From the NCBI GenBank assembly GCA_039831155.1, contig JBDONT010000043.1, positions 128,001 through 192,000 of the forward strand: DNA of 64,000 bases. The letters are read 5' to 3'. Shown piece after piece: positions 19,472 to 30,703 of the stretch (position 1 is its first letter; each line of letters begins with the position of its first letter). The stretch is from Nautiliaceae bacterium. GTDB lineage: Bacteria > Campylobacterota > Campylobacteria > Campylobacterales > Nautiliaceae. A program made the position numbers and the translations under genes. A model generated the notes under the pieces. It ran no database searches. It saw nothing but the letters and a program-made list of their open reading frames with translations, and was not told where the DNA came from.

Positions 19472-20923
19472 TTATTTAAAATTCACCTGACGTACGGTTG
19501 TGATATTTAATTTTTTTGATAAATCGTTTATTAAATCATTAAATAATATGGCGTTTAAAATCTCTTCTGCTTTTTTTTCTATTTGACGTTTATATTTTTC
19601 ATATTTCTTTTTATCCAGCAATTTTTGTTCCTTAATGTTGTATAGAACTGCTTTTAGAGGTTTACCCGGTGTTTGTACTATAATATAGTCTTTTGATTTT
19701 TGAGATTCGAATTCTTTAAATAAAAACATAACGGCTTCTTGAGGAGATAATCCTTTTATTTTATTGAAATCATACTTTGTTACGAATCCTATATTTTTAC
19801 CTTTAAAATCTTTTAGCATTTCTTGAGCCGTTTTTTTAAGATTGTTTATCGATTTTTGAGCCATTAGTTCTTTAATTACGTAAGGTTTCGCTTTTTCATA
19901 AGCAAGGGGTTTTGGTTTTATTTCTTCTACCAATTTTGCACTTATATATTCATTATCGGCTATAAACGGTTTTAGGTAACCTTTGCTTATAAGAGTTAAC
20001 ATTTTATCAAGAGGAATCGTTTCGTTTTGTAAAGGCAGAGTTACTAATTCATAATTCTCTTTACCTTCTTTTAATTTTTTATACGCTAAAATCGCCGTTT
20101 TTCTGTTTTTTTGTGCAAGTACGTCAAATTTTACTTGGTTTTTTGCTTTTTCAAAAGGAAGAATTTCCCCTTTTTCGTTTTTATATTCGTTTTTGTGTTC
20201 TTTGTAGTATGTTTTTAGTTTCTCTTCGCTTACTTCACCTTTTAAAGGAGTTTTAACTATTGCTATTTTAAACATTTGAGGAGATTTGAACTTATCTTTG
20301 TTTTTTTCCCAGAAAGATTTTATTTCGTCTTCGCTTAATTCCACTTTTATGGAGTTTTGGTTTATTATTTTGATATCTAGATTGTCTGCGTTAAACAAAG
20401 CACTTGCGTTTGATATTAAAAACGTTTTTGAAGGTTTTAGGTGTAAAGAGTTTAATAATTTTTGAATTAAAAGGTCTTTTTTTAAGTTAGCTTCGAAAAT
20501 AGCCGGTTTTTCTCCTATCGATTTTAGATAGTTAAAATAGTTTTGCTTTGTTTTGAAAGTATTTAATATATATTCGGCTACTTCTTTGTCCGTTATGTAT
20601 AAGCCTATATCTTTTGCAAAGGCTCTTAAAATTCCTGCTTGTATGGCTGCTTGGAAGGCTTCTTTTTTTAGTCCCATTTTTTCTGCCGTCGCTTCATCCA
20701 GTTTGCCGTTTAGTTTTTGGTTTTCAAGGGCGAATATTTTATTGTATTCTTTTTGTACGTCCTGGATAGAAACCTCAACGTCTCCTATTTTTACCAGGGT
20801 TGAAGATTTAGAACCGAATTGAAACTGCCCCCATCCTACAAAACCTGCACCTATAAAAGCTATAGTTGCTATCCAAATAGTAATTACCATCCATTTTCTA
20901 TGTGTTTGCATCCACTCAATCAT
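19472..20923 (-). CDS. PpiD/SurA-N family periplasmic chaperone
   Basis: MIEWMQTHRKW-TM N-terminus; typical position upstream of ftsA. Confidence 0.8.
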   Translation of the reverse strand: MIEWMQTHRKWMVITIWIATIAFIGAGFVGWGQFQFGSKSSTLVKIGDVEVSIQDVQKEYNKIFALENQKLNGKLDEATAEKMGLKKEAFQAAIQAGILRAFAKDIGLYITDKEVAEYILNTFKTKQNYFNYLKSIGEKPAIFEANLKKDLLIQKLLNSLHLKPSKTFLISNASALFNADNLDIKIINQNSIKVELSEDEIKSFWEKNKDKFKSPQMFKIAIVKTPLKGEVSEEKLKTYYKEHKNEYKNEKGEILPFEKAKNQVKFDVLAQKNRKTAILAYKKLKEGKENYELVTLPLQNETIPLDKMLTLISKGYLKPFIADNEYISAKLVEEIKPKPLAYEKAKPYVIKELMAQKSINNLKKTAQEMLKDFKGKNIGFVTKYDFNKIKGLSPQEAVMFLFKEFESQKSKDYIIVQTPGKPLKAVLYNIKEQKLLDKKKYEKYKRQIEKKAEEILNAILFNDLINDLSKKLNITTVRQVNFK

Positions 20924-21036
20924 TGTATTCCTTTTGTTACGAAAATCTACTCAATAAATGTAAACGTTAGTTTTTTATTTATTTTCATGTTTATGATATT
21001 ATAATAAAAAAAAACCTCACAATAAAGGGAATTTGG

Positions 21037-22329
21037 ATGAAAAATGCAGAAATTATGCAAAAAGATTTAAAATTTAACTGGCACCCTTGTACTCAAATGA
21101 AAGACCACGAGGTTTTACCTATTATTCCTATTAAAAAAGGTAAAGGCGTTTATCTGGAGGATTTCGAAGGCAACAGATATATAGACGCTATAAGCAGCTG
21201 GTGGGTAAATCTTTTCGGGCATTCGAACGAATATATAAATCAGAAAATAAAAGAGCAGTTAAATACCCTTGAGCACGTAATTTTTGCCGGGTTTACACAC
21301 GAAGGTGCCATAAAGCTTAGTGAAAGGCTTTGCAAGTTAACCGGGTTTGATAAAGTTTTTTATGCCGATAACGGAAGCAGTGCCGTAGAGGTCGCTATAA
21401 AAATGGCTTTTCATTATTGGAAAAACAAAGGTAAGATTAAGCCTCTTTTTTTCAGTTTGGAAAATTCGTATCACGGAGAGACGATAGGAGCTTTGAGTGT
21501 AGGAGATGTAGGGCTTTATAAAGATACTTATAAAGAGATTTTAATTAAAAACATTACAATTCCCATTCCTAAAGACCAGAGTGAAGAGGAAGCCGATGAG
21601 GCGTTGAAAAAAGCTAAAGAAATTTTTGAAAAACACCATAAGGAGGTCTCTTCTTTAATAATAGAACCTTTAATTCAGTGTGCCGGTTATATGAAAATGC
21701 ATTCTCCTTTGTTTATTAAAGGCTTAAAGAGTCTGTGTGAGGAGTTTGATATTTTGATGATAGCCGATGAAATTGCAGTGGGGTTTGGAAGAAGCGGGAG
21801 TATGTTTGCGTGCGAACAAGCCAAAATCAAACCCGATTTTATGTGTCTTAGCAAAGGGTTAACGGGAGGGTATCTGCCTCTTAGCGTGGTTCTTACTACG
21901 GATGAAGTGTATAGGGCTTTTTATTGTGATTATAAAGAGCTAAAAGCCTTTTTACACTCTCACTCTTATACGGCTAATCCTATAGGTATTGCAGCTGCAA
22001 ACGCTACTTTGGATATTTTCGAAAAAGATAACGTAATAGAAAAAAACAAGCAAAAATCAAAGTATATCTGGGAGAAAATGCAAAAATTTAAAGAGTTAAA
22101 AAACGTAAAAGAGATTCGTCAAACGGGAATGATTGGTGCCGTTGAGATGATAGATTATCCGTGGTGGGAGAGAAAGGGGCTTGAAGTTTATAAATATGGA
22201 CTTAAAAACGGGGTTTTACTAAGACCTCTAGGAAACGTTATTTACTTTATGCCTCCTTATGTGATAAATTATGAAGAGATAGATAAAATGATAGAAGTAG
22301 CCTTTGATGGAATTAAGAGGTTAAAATGA
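21037..22329 (+). CDS. bioA: Adenosylmethionine-8-amino-7-oxononanoate aminotransferase
   Basis: WHPCTQM, SSWW, GSSAVEVAIKMA, DEIAVGFGR, SKGLTGG. Confidence 0.95.
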   Translation: MKNAEIMQKDLKFNWHPCTQMKDHEVLPIIPIKKGKGVYLEDFEGNRYIDAISSWWVNLFGHSNEYINQKIKEQLNTLEHVIFAGFTHEGAIKLSERLCKLTGFDKVFYADNGSSAVEVAIKMAFHYWKNKGKIKPLFFSLENSYHGETIGALSVGDVGLYKDTYKEILIKNITIPIPKDQSEEEADEALKKAKEIFEKHHKEVSSLIIEPLIQCAGYMKMHSPLFIKGLKSLCEEFDILMIADEIAVGFGRSGSMFACEQAKIKPDFMCLSKGLTGGYLPLSVVLTTDEVYRAFYCDYKELKAFLHSHSYTANPIGIAAANATLDIFEKDNVIEKNKQKSKYIWEKMQKFKELKNVKEIRQTGMIGAVEMIDYPWWERKGLEVYKYGLKNGVLLRPLGNVIYFMPPYVINYEEIDKMIEVAFDGIKRLK

Positions 22330-23831
22330 AAGAAGCTATAAAAAATTCCCTTTTAAATCCCATAAAACATTTTAAACTTAGACATCTGCCTCTTTTAATG
22401 ATTTATTTTGCTTATGGGGCGAGTGGAATTAGTGGGGTTGCCACTACATTTTGGGTAAAAGAGGAGCTTAATTTATCGGCGACCGCTTTAATTAGCTTGG
22501 GCGTTTGGCTTAGTATTCCATGGACTATAAAGATGGTTTTTGGGCAGCTTGTGGATAGTGTGGTGATTTTCGGGTCTCAAAGAAGAGTTTATGTTTATAT
22601 AGGTGCTTCTTTGATTGCTCTTGGGACTGTTTTATTAATAGGGCTTGCCGGGGATTATAAGTGGATAAAATTTACTTCCAAAGAAAATGTGTATATTATT
22701 TCTTCTTTTTTAACGGTTATAGGGTTTGTACTTCAAGATGTCGTGGCAGATACTATGAGTACGGAGGTTGTGGATAGGAATCAGCCTAAGGAAAAAGTGG
22801 AAGAGGAGTTGGCTTACGTTCAGATTTTGGGGCGTTTGGCTATTTCTCTTGCCGGGGTGATGGTCGCCGGACTTAGTGGATGGCTTGCTCAAATATATTC
22901 CTATGAAACGGTTTTTAAAATTTCTCTTATAGTGCCTTTAATTTCCATTATAGGTGTTAGTATAGTAAAACTTGATGTTGCGAAACCGAGTCCTATTAAT
23001 TGTAAAATTTTGTGTGGAGGACTTGTTTTTGCCGTTTTTGTTGTTTTTATGGGATATGCAGAGTATCAGCATTGGGATAATAGAGTGTTAAATTTTATAT
23101 TTAAACATTCCCAAGAGGTTGTATTGGTTGTTAGTTTGGGCGTTATAGTTTATATGTTAGGTTTGATTTTAAAAGATGTAAAAGAGAGTGTAAGAAAGTT
23201 TATTATAAAAACTGCCGTTATTATATTTGTGTATAGGGCTATGCCTAGCGTAGGTCCCGGGCTTCAGTGGTGGGAGATAGACGTTTTGCATTTTGACAAA
23301 GCTTTTTTCGGGACTTTGTCTCAAATAGGGGCTATACTATCTATTCTTGGAATGTGGCTTTTTAGTGATTTTATCGCTAAAAAACCGGCTCATTATACGT
23401 TGATTTGGTTAAGTGTTATTACCACTATACTCTTTTTACCGATTATAGGGCTTTATTACAATATTCCTCAAAGTTTTGGAATAGACCCTAAAACGGTTGC
23501 TATTATAGATACGGCACTTGAATCGCCTTTTGCCCAGCTTAGTATGATACCTCTTTTAACTCTTATTGCAATTTACGCACCCGAGGGTAAGAGGGCTACC
23601 TGGTTTGCTTTGATGGCAAGTTTGATGAATCTTGCCTTAACGGCAGGGGGAGTCTTTACCAAATATTTAAATGAAATTTTTGTCGTAAGCAGAGAAGTTG
23701 TGCAAAACGGTAACATCTTATCTCACCAGGACTATTCTCAACTTGGGATTTTGATGATTGTTGTTACAATTTTAAATGTAACGATACCAATCGTAACAAT
23801 TTTTTATCTGATGATAAGAAATAAAAATTGA
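22326..23831 (+). CDS. BT1 (folate/biopterin) family MFS transporter
   Basis: IPWTIKMVFG, QDVVAD and FALMASLMNL motifs; about 12 TM helices. Confidence 0.7.
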   Translation: MKEAIKNSLLNPIKHFKLRHLPLLMIYFAYGASGISGVATTFWVKEELNLSATALISLGVWLSIPWTIKMVFGQLVDSVVIFGSQRRVYVYIGASLIALGTVLLIGLAGDYKWIKFTSKENVYIISSFLTVIGFVLQDVVADTMSTEVVDRNQPKEKVEEELAYVQILGRLAISLAGVMVAGLSGWLAQIYSYETVFKISLIVPLISIIGVSIVKLDVAKPSPINCKILCGGLVFAVFVVFMGYAEYQHWDNRVLNFIFKHSQEVVLVVSLGVIVYMLGLILKDVKESVRKFIIKTAVIIFVYRAMPSVGPGLQWWEIDVLHFDKAFFGTLSQIGAILSILGMWLFSDFIAKKPAHYTLIWLSVITTILFLPIIGLYYNIPQSFGIDPKTVAIIDTALESPFAQLSMIPLLTLIAIYAPEGKRATWFALMASLMNLALTAGGVFTKYLNEIFVVSREVVQNGNILSHQDYSQLGILMIVVTILNVTIPIVTIFYLMIRNKN

Positions 23832-23888
23832 CTTAAAACCGGCTATTAGCTATAATACTAAAAAAACTTGAGTAAAGGAGTGTAAAGT

Positions 23889-24767
23889 ATGGCGTTTGTA
23901 ATGCTTATTTTAATGAACTTAGCCGTAATGGCTTCTATTTATTTGACTATATTTTTGGTTGAGACGTTTTTTCACATCAGACTTGACGGAGGGACTATTA
24001 ACGGACTTTTGATTTTATCTTTAATTGTAGGGTTTAGTGGTAGTTTAATTTCTCTGTTTATGTCTAAGTGGCTTGCGAAAATGAGTGCAGGGGTTAGAGT
24101 AATAGAAACTCCTAGCAGTGAGGCAGAGGTTTGGCTTGTGGAGACGGTGGCGAAACTTGCAAAAGAAGCAGGTATCGGAATGCCGGAAGTCGGGATTTTT
24201 GACGGACCTCCGAATGCTTTTGCTACGGGATGGAATAAAAACAACGCTTTGGTTGCAGTGTCTATCAGTTTATTTGATTTAATGGATACAAAAGAGATTG
24301 AAGGTGTTTTAGCACACGAAATCAGTCATATAAAACACGGAGATATGGTTACTATGACGCTTGTTCAGGGTGTGCTTAACTCAATTGTATTTTTCATATC
24401 AAGACTTATAGCAAATATCGTAGCACCAAAAGATGAAGAAGGTAATCCAAACCCTTTTGCGTATATGGCTATTAGTTTCGCACTTGAAATGGCTTTAAGT
24501 ATTTTTGCGACAATGATAGCTATGTGGTATAGCAGATACAGAGAATATAAAGCCGATGAAGGTGCTGTTAGACTAGACGGACCGGAGGGGATTTATTACG
24601 CTCTTGCAAAACTCGGAAACATCCCGAAAGAACAAGTAGCACTTCCGGCAGAAATGAAAGCGTTTGGGATTGTAGGATTTTTAGATTTATTCAGCTCTCA
24701 CCCTCCTATTGAAAAAAGACTTGAGCATATTAAAGAAGTGGCAAGAAAAATGGGTTATAATGTTTAA
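23889..24767 (+). CDS. htpX: Protease HtpX (M48)
   Basis: PNAFATG, HEISH zinc motif, SRYREYKAD, SHPP. Confidence 0.93.
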   Translation: MAFVMLILMNLAVMASIYLTIFLVETFFHIRLDGGTINGLLILSLIVGFSGSLISLFMSKWLAKMSAGVRVIETPSSEAEVWLVETVAKLAKEAGIGMPEVGIFDGPPNAFATGWNKNNALVAVSISLFDLMDTKEIEGVLAHEISHIKHGDMVTMTLVQGVLNSIVFFISRLIANIVAPKDEEGNPNPFAYMAISFALEMALSIFATMIAMWYSRYREYKADEGAVRLDGPEGIYYALAKLGNIPKEQVALPAEMKAFGIVGFLDLFSSHPPIEKRLEHIKEVARKMGYNV

Positions 24768-25515
24768 CGAAATAAAAGAGATTATCTTAAAAGCCGGGAA
24801 GATATTTAAAGAGGGGTTTTACTCCTCTAAGGATATTACCCTAAAAGGTAAAAAAGATTTAGTAACGGAATATGACGTAAAAGTTGAAGAGTTTTTAAAA
24901 GAGAGTTTTTCTAAGTTTGATTATTCCATTATTGCAGAAGAGTCGGTTAAGGATGAATTTAACAATTCTATCATAATAGACCCGATTGACGGGACTACCA
25001 ATTTCGCTCATCAGGTTCCTCACTGTGCTATAAGTGTCGGGATTTATGAAGAGAAAAAACCTAAATACGCTTTTGTTTACAATCCGATTTTGGAAGAGTT
25101 TTTTTATGCAATTAGAGGTGAGGGTGCTTTTTTAAACGAAGAGAAGATAAAAGTGAGTGGAGGAGATTACTTTCAAAGGGCTTTAATCGCTACCGGGTTT
25201 CCTTATTCAAGTGCCGAAAATAAAGAAGACTTGGAAATAGTTATAAATAGACTTCATAATATACTTCCGGCTTGTCAGGATATTAGAAGATTAGGGAGTG
25301 CCGCACTTGATTTATGCTATGTAGCAAGTGGGAGATTTGAAGGGTTTTATGAGATTAATCTAAAGCCTTGGGACGTTAGTGCCGGAATTTTAATAGTTGA
25401 AGAAGCCGGAGGGGCTGTTAGTAATGAGTTTGGGAAAGAATATGATATGTTTAAAGATAAATGTATCGTTGCAAGTAACGGAAAAATCCATAAAGAGTTT
25501 TTAAGTTATCTTTGA
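24760..25515 (+). CDS. suhB: Inositol monophosphatase family protein
   Basis: DPIDGTTNF, RRLGSAALDL, PWDVSAG; ATG 24760 preferred over the ORF-track start. Confidence 0.88.
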   Translation: MFNEIKEIILKAGKIFKEGFYSSKDITLKGKKDLVTEYDVKVEEFLKESFSKFDYSIIAEESVKDEFNNSIIIDPIDGTTNFAHQVPHCAISVGIYEEKKPKYAFVYNPILEEFFYAIRGEGAFLNEEKIKVSGGDYFQRALIATGFPYSSAENKEDLEIVINRLHNILPACQDIRRLGSAALDLCYVASGRFEGFYEINLKPWDVSAGILIVEEAGGAVSNEFGKEYDMFKDKCIVASNGKIHKEFLSYL

Positions 25516-26006
25516 TAGATTATATCCACGTCATCCGGGAATTTAGGAGTAAAAATTTCCGGGTTTATTTTTTCGGTTGAAACATCTTTGAAATTAATTA
25601 CCACTTTATTACCTATATCATCCGTATACCACGCTTTTTTTAAGGTTTTATCGTATATGAAATGGATTGTTTTATTATCTATTTTCGCTATGTAGCCTTT
25701 TTCGGTTTTTTTTGCTTTTTTTATCGCTTCAAAAAGATTTAGTTTTGGTTTTTTAGATATTGTAACTTGTAAGAGGTCCGATTCGTATACGTAGACTTTG
25801 TCGTTTATCCATATCTCTTTTGTATTGGGGTAGGTATATTTCCAAAAAACTTGCTTTGAATTAGTATAGATTTCGCCTTTGTAGGTTAGTGTTTTTTTAT
25901 CCGAGTAGATTTTTTGAATGAATTTTGCGTGGAAATAGTGGGGCAAATTTAAAGCGTGCAGGTTTATTACCATAAGTAGGAGAATTTTTAGCTTTAGGTT
26001 TTTCAT
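25506..26006 (-). CDS. lolA: LolA-like lipoprotein carrier
   Basis: Signal peptide; F.Q, W.Y..P and YE.DL.Q pattern; divergent from secA. Confidence 0.8.
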   Translation of the reverse strand: MKNLKLKILLLMVINLHALNLPHYFHAKFIQKIYSDKKTLTYKGEIYTNSKQVFWKYTYPNTKEIWINDKVYVYESDLLQVTISKKPKLNLFEAIKKAKKTEKGYIAKIDNKTIHFIYDKTLKKAWYTDDIGNKVVINFKDVSTEKINPEIFTPKFPDDVDIIYQR

Positions 26007-26067
26007 TTAACATTCCTCTTAGTGAATTTATGTTATTATAACAAAAAACTTTGCAAAGGCTTTTTGT

Positions 26068-28713
26068 ATGGTAAGAAAAATATTTAGAAAAATATTCGGG
26101 ACGAAAAATGACAGAGAATTGAAAAGATATTTTGCTAGAGTAAAAGAGATTAACGAATTAGAACCGAAATATGAAAAATTGAGTGATGAAGAATTAAAAG
26201 GGGAGTTTAATAAAATCAAATCTAAAATTTTAGAAGAGATACAAAAAGAAGACTCTCAAACCATTTTAAATAAATATTTAAACGATGTATTCGCAATGAC
26301 AAGAGAAGCTTCCAAAAGAGTGCTGGGTATGAGGCACTATGACGTTCAGTTGGTAGGTGGTATGGTTTTGCACGAAGGTAAAATCGCAGAGATGAAAACG
26401 GGAGAAGGTAAAACGCTTGTTGCGACTTTACCGGTGGTTTTGAATGCGATTTTAGGAAAAGGGGTTCACGTAGTTACGGTAAATGACTATCTTGCCCAAA
26501 GAGACGCAAATGAAATGGGAAAACTTTATGAATTTTTCGGGCTTACTACCGGGGTTGTGATAAACGGTATGGAAGATTATGAAAGAAAACAGGCTTATGC
26601 TTGTGACGTAACGTACGGGACGAATTCGGAATTTGGGTTTGATTATCTTAGAGACAATATGGTGTTTGATATAAACGATAAGGTCCAAAGAGGGCATTAT
26701 TATGCTATTGTGGATGAGGTTGACAGTATTTTAATCGATGAAGCCAGAACTCCTCTTATTATATCAGGACCGGCGAATAAAAGAGTGGAAGATTACGTAA
26801 AAGCCGATAAAGTAGCAAAACAGCTTGTAAAAGATAAACATTTTACGGTAGATGAAAAAGACAAAGTTGTGCTTTTAACGGAAGAGGGTATAAAAGAGGC
26901 TGAAAGGCTTTTTGAGGTGGATAACCTTTATACTCCGGAAAATGCAGTATTGGCTCATCACTTGGACCAGGCTTTAAAGGCTAATTATCTGTTTCAAGAA
27001 GGTAAAGATTATATAGTGAGAAAAGGTGAAGTTTTAATTGTAGACGAGTTTACCGGAAGAATTGCAGAAGGGAGACGTTTTAGCGAGGGGCTTCATCAGG
27101 CATTGGAAGCGAAAGAGGGAGTGGAGATTCAAGAAGAGTCTCAAACTTTTGCCGAAACCACTTATCAAAACTATTTTAGATTGTATGAAAAATTAGCCGG
27201 TATGACGGGTACTGCCCAAACCGAAGCTACCGAATTTATAGAAATTTACGGACTTGAGGTTATATCTATTCCTACAAACAAACCGGTAGCCAGAATCGAT
27301 AAAAACGACCTTGTTTATAAAACGGAAGAAGAGAAATTTGAAGCGGTTGTAAAAAAAGTAAAAGAGCTTCATAAAAAAGGTCAACCGGTATTAATAGGAA
27401 CTACTAGCGTTGAAAAGAGTGAATATGTAAGCAGACTTTTAAAACAAGAAAAAATCCCTCATACCGTTTTAAACGCTAAAAATCACGAAAAAGAGGCTCA
27501 AATAATTGCAGAAGCCGGGAAAAAGGGAGCCGTAACGGTTGCTACCAATATGGCAGGTCGTGGGGTTGATATTAAAATAGACGATGAGGTAAGAGAACTT
27601 GGAGGACTTTATATTATAGGTACCGAAAGACACGAAAGCAGAAGGATAGACAATCAGCTAAGAGGACGTTCGGGGCGTCAGGGAGACCCGGGAGAGAGTC
27701 AGTTTTATTTATCGCTTGAAGATGATTTATTAAGAATCTTCGGAAGCGACAGAATCAAGACAATTATGGATAAGCTTGGTATCGAAAGAGGGGAGCATAT
27801 TGACTCTAAAATCGTTAGCCGTGCTATAGAAAACGCTCAAAAGAAAGTTGAGAGTATGCATTTTGAAGCAAGAAAGCATATCTTAAAATACGACGACGTT
27901 GCAAACGAACAAAGAAAAGTGGTATACGCTTTTCGTAATCAAATCTTAGACCTGAGTTATGATATTAATTCTAAAATAGATGAGATGAGAGAGGATTTTG
28001 TGGAATATATTCTGGCAGAATCGGATATCTATCCTCATTCATTGGAAGAGGATTTTGATTTGGATAATCTGATAGCTCATTTAAAAGAGTATACCGGTAT
28101 AGAGTTTAGTAAAGAGGAACTTAAAAATAAAGATTATGAGAGTTTAAAAGAGTATCTGATTAAGAGATTAAAAGAAGAATATGAGAAAAAATTTGAAGAA
28201 GCTTCACCGGAAGATAAAGAAAGGATTCAAAGACAGCTTATCTTACAAATACTTGATGAGTCGTGGAGAGACCATTTATATATGATGGATATCTTAAAAA
28301 CGGGAATAGGACTTAGAGGTTATAACCAAAAAGACCCTCTTGTGGAATACAAAAAAGAGAGCTTTAATCTTTTCCAAGAATTGATTGAAAGAATTAAAAT
28401 AGAAAGTATGAAAGTTTTACATAATCTTCAAATCGAATATAAAATCCCGGAACTTGACGAAGATATGAACGAGTTTTTAAAGGCGTTAGAGGGGAAACAT
28501 ATAGATGAAATTATGCAAAATATGCCGCAAATCCCTAAAGAAATGGAAAATAAAAGCGTAGATGAGATTATGCAAGAGCTTGAAGCCCAAACGGAAATGT
28601 TAAAAGCCGAATTTGAAGCCAAACAGAGAAAAAAAGTAAAAAGAAACGAGCCTTGTCCTTGCGGCAGTGGTAAAAAATATAAAGACTGCTGCGGGAAAAG
28701 CCCTAAATTTTAA
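26068..28713 (+). CDS. secA: Preprotein translocase ATPase SecA
   Basis: [37 protein letters not shown]-terminal [13 protein letters not shown]. Confidence 0.98.
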   Translation: MVRKIFRKIFGTKNDRELKRYFARVKEINELEPKYEKLSDEELKGEFNKIKSKILEEIQKEDSQTILNKYLNDVFAMTREASKRVLGMRHYDVQLVGGMVLHEGKIAEMKTGEGKTLVATLPVVLNAILGKGVHVVTVNDYLAQRDANEMGKLYEFFGLTTGVVINGMEDYERKQAYACDVTYGTNSEFGFDYLRDNMVFDINDKVQRGHYYAIVDEVDSILIDEARTPLIISGPANKRVEDYVKADKVAKQLVKDKHFTVDEKDKVVLLTEEGIKEAERLFEVDNLYTPENAVLAHHLDQALKANYLFQEGKDYIVRKGEVLIVDEFTGRIAEGRRFSEGLHQALEAKEGVEIQEESQTFAETTYQNYFRLYEKLAGMTGTAQTEATEFIEIYGLEVISIPTNKPVARIDKNDLVYKTEEEKFEAVVKKVKELHKKGQPVLIGTTSVEKSEYVSRLLKQEKIPHTVLNAKNHEKEAQIIAEAGKKGAVTVATNMAGRGVDIKIDDEVRELGGLYIIGTERHESRRIDNQLRGRSGRQGDPGESQFYLSLEDDLLRIFGSDRIKTIMDKLGIERGEHIDSKIVSRAIENAQKKVESMHFEARKHILKYDDVANEQRKVVYAFRNQILDLSYDINSKIDEMREDFVEYILAESDIYPHSLEEDFDLDNLIAHLKEYTGIEFSKEELKNKDYESLKEYLIKRLKEEYEKKFEEASPEDKERIQRQLILQILDESWRDHLYMMDILKTGIGLRGYNQKDPLVEYKKESFNLFQELIERIKIESMKVLHNLQIEYKIPELDEDMNEFLKALEGKHIDEIMQNMPQIPKEMENKSVDEIMQELEAQTEMLKAEFEAKQRKKVKRNEPCPCGSGKKYKDCCGKSPKF

Positions 28714-28919
28714 GGTAAATAATGTTTATTTGTAATGAGGAAGGTAAAACTTTAAATCAACGTTTTAAGGAGGTTTTACTTTTAGTCTCTCAATATGGAT
28801 ATGCTGGAGAGGTTTTTTTTGAAAACTTTTAAAAGAATCGAAAAAAGAAGGGATTGGTTTTATAGAAACTGAAACGTAAAAAATCTAAAGTTTGATATAA
28901 CTATTAAAAAAGGTCTAAA

Positions 28920-29264
28920 ATGGCTATAGCAATAAAGCAAAATTTCGGTTTTGGTTTTATTTCTTTATTTAATGATTTTCTAAGAGAAGCTTTAAATAAT
29001 TTTAAAAATAAAAGAGAATTAATTAGAATTTTAAAAAGAGCCGATAGATTAGTAAATTTGATATATACTTTAAACGAAAAATTAGAACAATATATAAAAG
29101 ATGATGAGTTTGAAAAAATAGAAGATAAGCTTATTGATATGAAATTTTTATTAGAAAATCAAATGGATAGCTTACCGAAAGAATTAAAACCTTCTCTTGA
29201 AAAATTATATGAACTTTTGGTAATGATAATATTTAATCTTTCTATGTATCAGGCAAGAGATTGA
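28920..29264 (+). CDS. Hypothetical protein, possible antitoxin
   Basis: AT-rich helical ORF with AAGG RBS and TGATATAAC upstream; stop overlaps the start of a toxin-like relic. Confidence 0.5.
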   Translation: MAIAIKQNFGFGFISLFNDFLREALNNFKNKRELIRILKRADRLVNLIYTLNEKLEQYIKDDEFEKIEDKLIDMKFLLENQMDSLPKELKPSLEKLYELLVMIIFNLSMYQARD

Positions 29265-29387
29265 AAATTATAAAGACCGATATATAAGTTTTGTTATTTG
29301 ACTTGTAAACCGGAAGTGGCAATATTTGCTTGGATAGGAAGTCATAGAGATTATAAAATAATTATTAAAAATTTAAAAAAACTGTAA
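29261..29387 (+). pseudogene. RelE/HigB-like toxin remnant
   Basis: TTG start MKIIKTD, then in another frame KPEVAIFAWIGSHRDYK...*; the WIGSHxxY motif is typical of RelE/ParE/HigB-superfamily C-termini; middle missing. Confidence 0.55.
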
Positions 29388-29473
29388 GAATTACATTTTT
29401 GGATGAGAAGAGATTAAGAATTTTTTGCAAATTGCTTAATGATTTATCAAAAAAATATAAAAAGGAAACATAA

Positions 29474-30667
29474 TTGAACAAAAAATTCGTAAATTTTATA
29501 ATAAGAAGATATCTTAGATTTGACAAGAAGCACCCGTTTATTTATATAAGTTTTATTTTGGCATTTCTTGGAATTATGACGGGGGTTGCGACTTTAATGA
29601 TAGCTATGGGGATAATGAACGGAATGGATAAGGAGTTTGAGAAAAAACTCAAAGTTATGAATTATCCCATTACCGTATACTCTTCGCTTGTAAATGTGGA
29701 TGAGAGACTCTTACATAAACTTCAAAAAAAATTTCCTAATTTCAAATATTCCCCTTATATTGAAAGCAGTGCCGTAATTCAGAGTGGAGGGTTGTATGGA
29801 GTTATGCTTTATGGGGTTGATTTCAAAAAAGAGTCTGAAATCAACTACATATTCAAAAAAGCCGTAAAAAACATAAAAACTCCTAAACTTTTCGATGTGG
29901 TGGTGGGTAGCAGACTTTTTGCAGATTTGGGAGTCGGGAGAGGGGATAAGGTTGTTATGATATTTTCCAAGATGACCCCTTTAGGATTTGGCGTCTCTCC
30001 TATATTGAAAAAAGTAAGAATAGCCGGAGTTTTTAACAGTGGGCTTGTAGCGTATGATAAGGGGATAGCTTATATGAATATTAAAGGTCTTCAAAGGATT
30101 CTTCATCAAAACTATTACAGTGGTATACATATTTGGAGTCCTAATCCTTTTAAGGATATAGAAAAAATCAAAAAAGCAGTGCCTCCGGGTGTAGGCGTTA
30201 TAGGTTGGTGGGAGCAAAACGGCAACTTTTTTGCAGCCCTTAAAATGGAAAAGAGGGCTTTGTTTTTGGTGCTTATGCTTATTATTATAGTTGCCGCTCT
30301 TAATATTATAAGTTCTCTTCTTATGATGATAATGAGTAAAAGAAAAGAGATAGCACTTATGCTAAGTCTGGGGGCTTCTCCTAAGGAGATAAAAGCCATA
30401 TTTTTAAAACTGGGAACGTTTATAGGCGTAATCGGAATTATCAGTGGGGCTATACTAGGAGGTATCGGTATTTGGGTTTTAAAAACGTTTGATATTATTA
30501 AACTTCCGGTTGACGTATACGGGGTTAGCAGACTGCCGGTTGATTTGAGTTTGGTTGATTTTGGGGTGATTATTGTCGGTGCTTTTGTAATAGTGATATT
30601 CTCTAGCATATATCCGGCTGTAAAAGCTAGCAAAACCGATGTGCTTGAGACGCTTAGATATGAATAA
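29474..30667 (+). CDS. Lipoprotein-releasing ABC permease (LolC/E family)
   Basis: GIMNG, ALKMEK, AALNIISSLLM, KEIA motifs; linked to secA and lolA. Confidence 0.9.
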   Translation: MNKKFVNFIIRRYLRFDKKHPFIYISFILAFLGIMTGVATLMIAMGIMNGMDKEFEKKLKVMNYPITVYSSLVNVDERLLHKLQKKFPNFKYSPYIESSAVIQSGGLYGVMLYGVDFKKESEINYIFKKAVKNIKTPKLFDVVVGSRLFADLGVGRGDKVVMIFSKMTPLGFGVSPILKKVRIAGVFNSGLVAYDKGIAYMNIKGLQRILHQNYYSGIHIWSPNPFKDIEKIKKAVPPGVGVIGWWEQNGNFFAALKMEKRALFLVLMLIIIVAALNIISSLLMMIMSKRKEIALMLSLGASPKEIKAIFLKLGTFIGVIGIISGAILGGIGIWVLKTFDIIKLPVDVYGVSRLPVDLSLVDFGVIIVGAFVIVIFSSIYPAVKASKTDVLETLRYE

Positions 30668-30703
30668 TTTATTATGATATAATTACGTAAAAAAGGACAT
30701 TTT

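Noticed and set aside
28722-28832. 36-aa ORF just after secA
   Set aside because: Too short and no motif; cannot support as a gene
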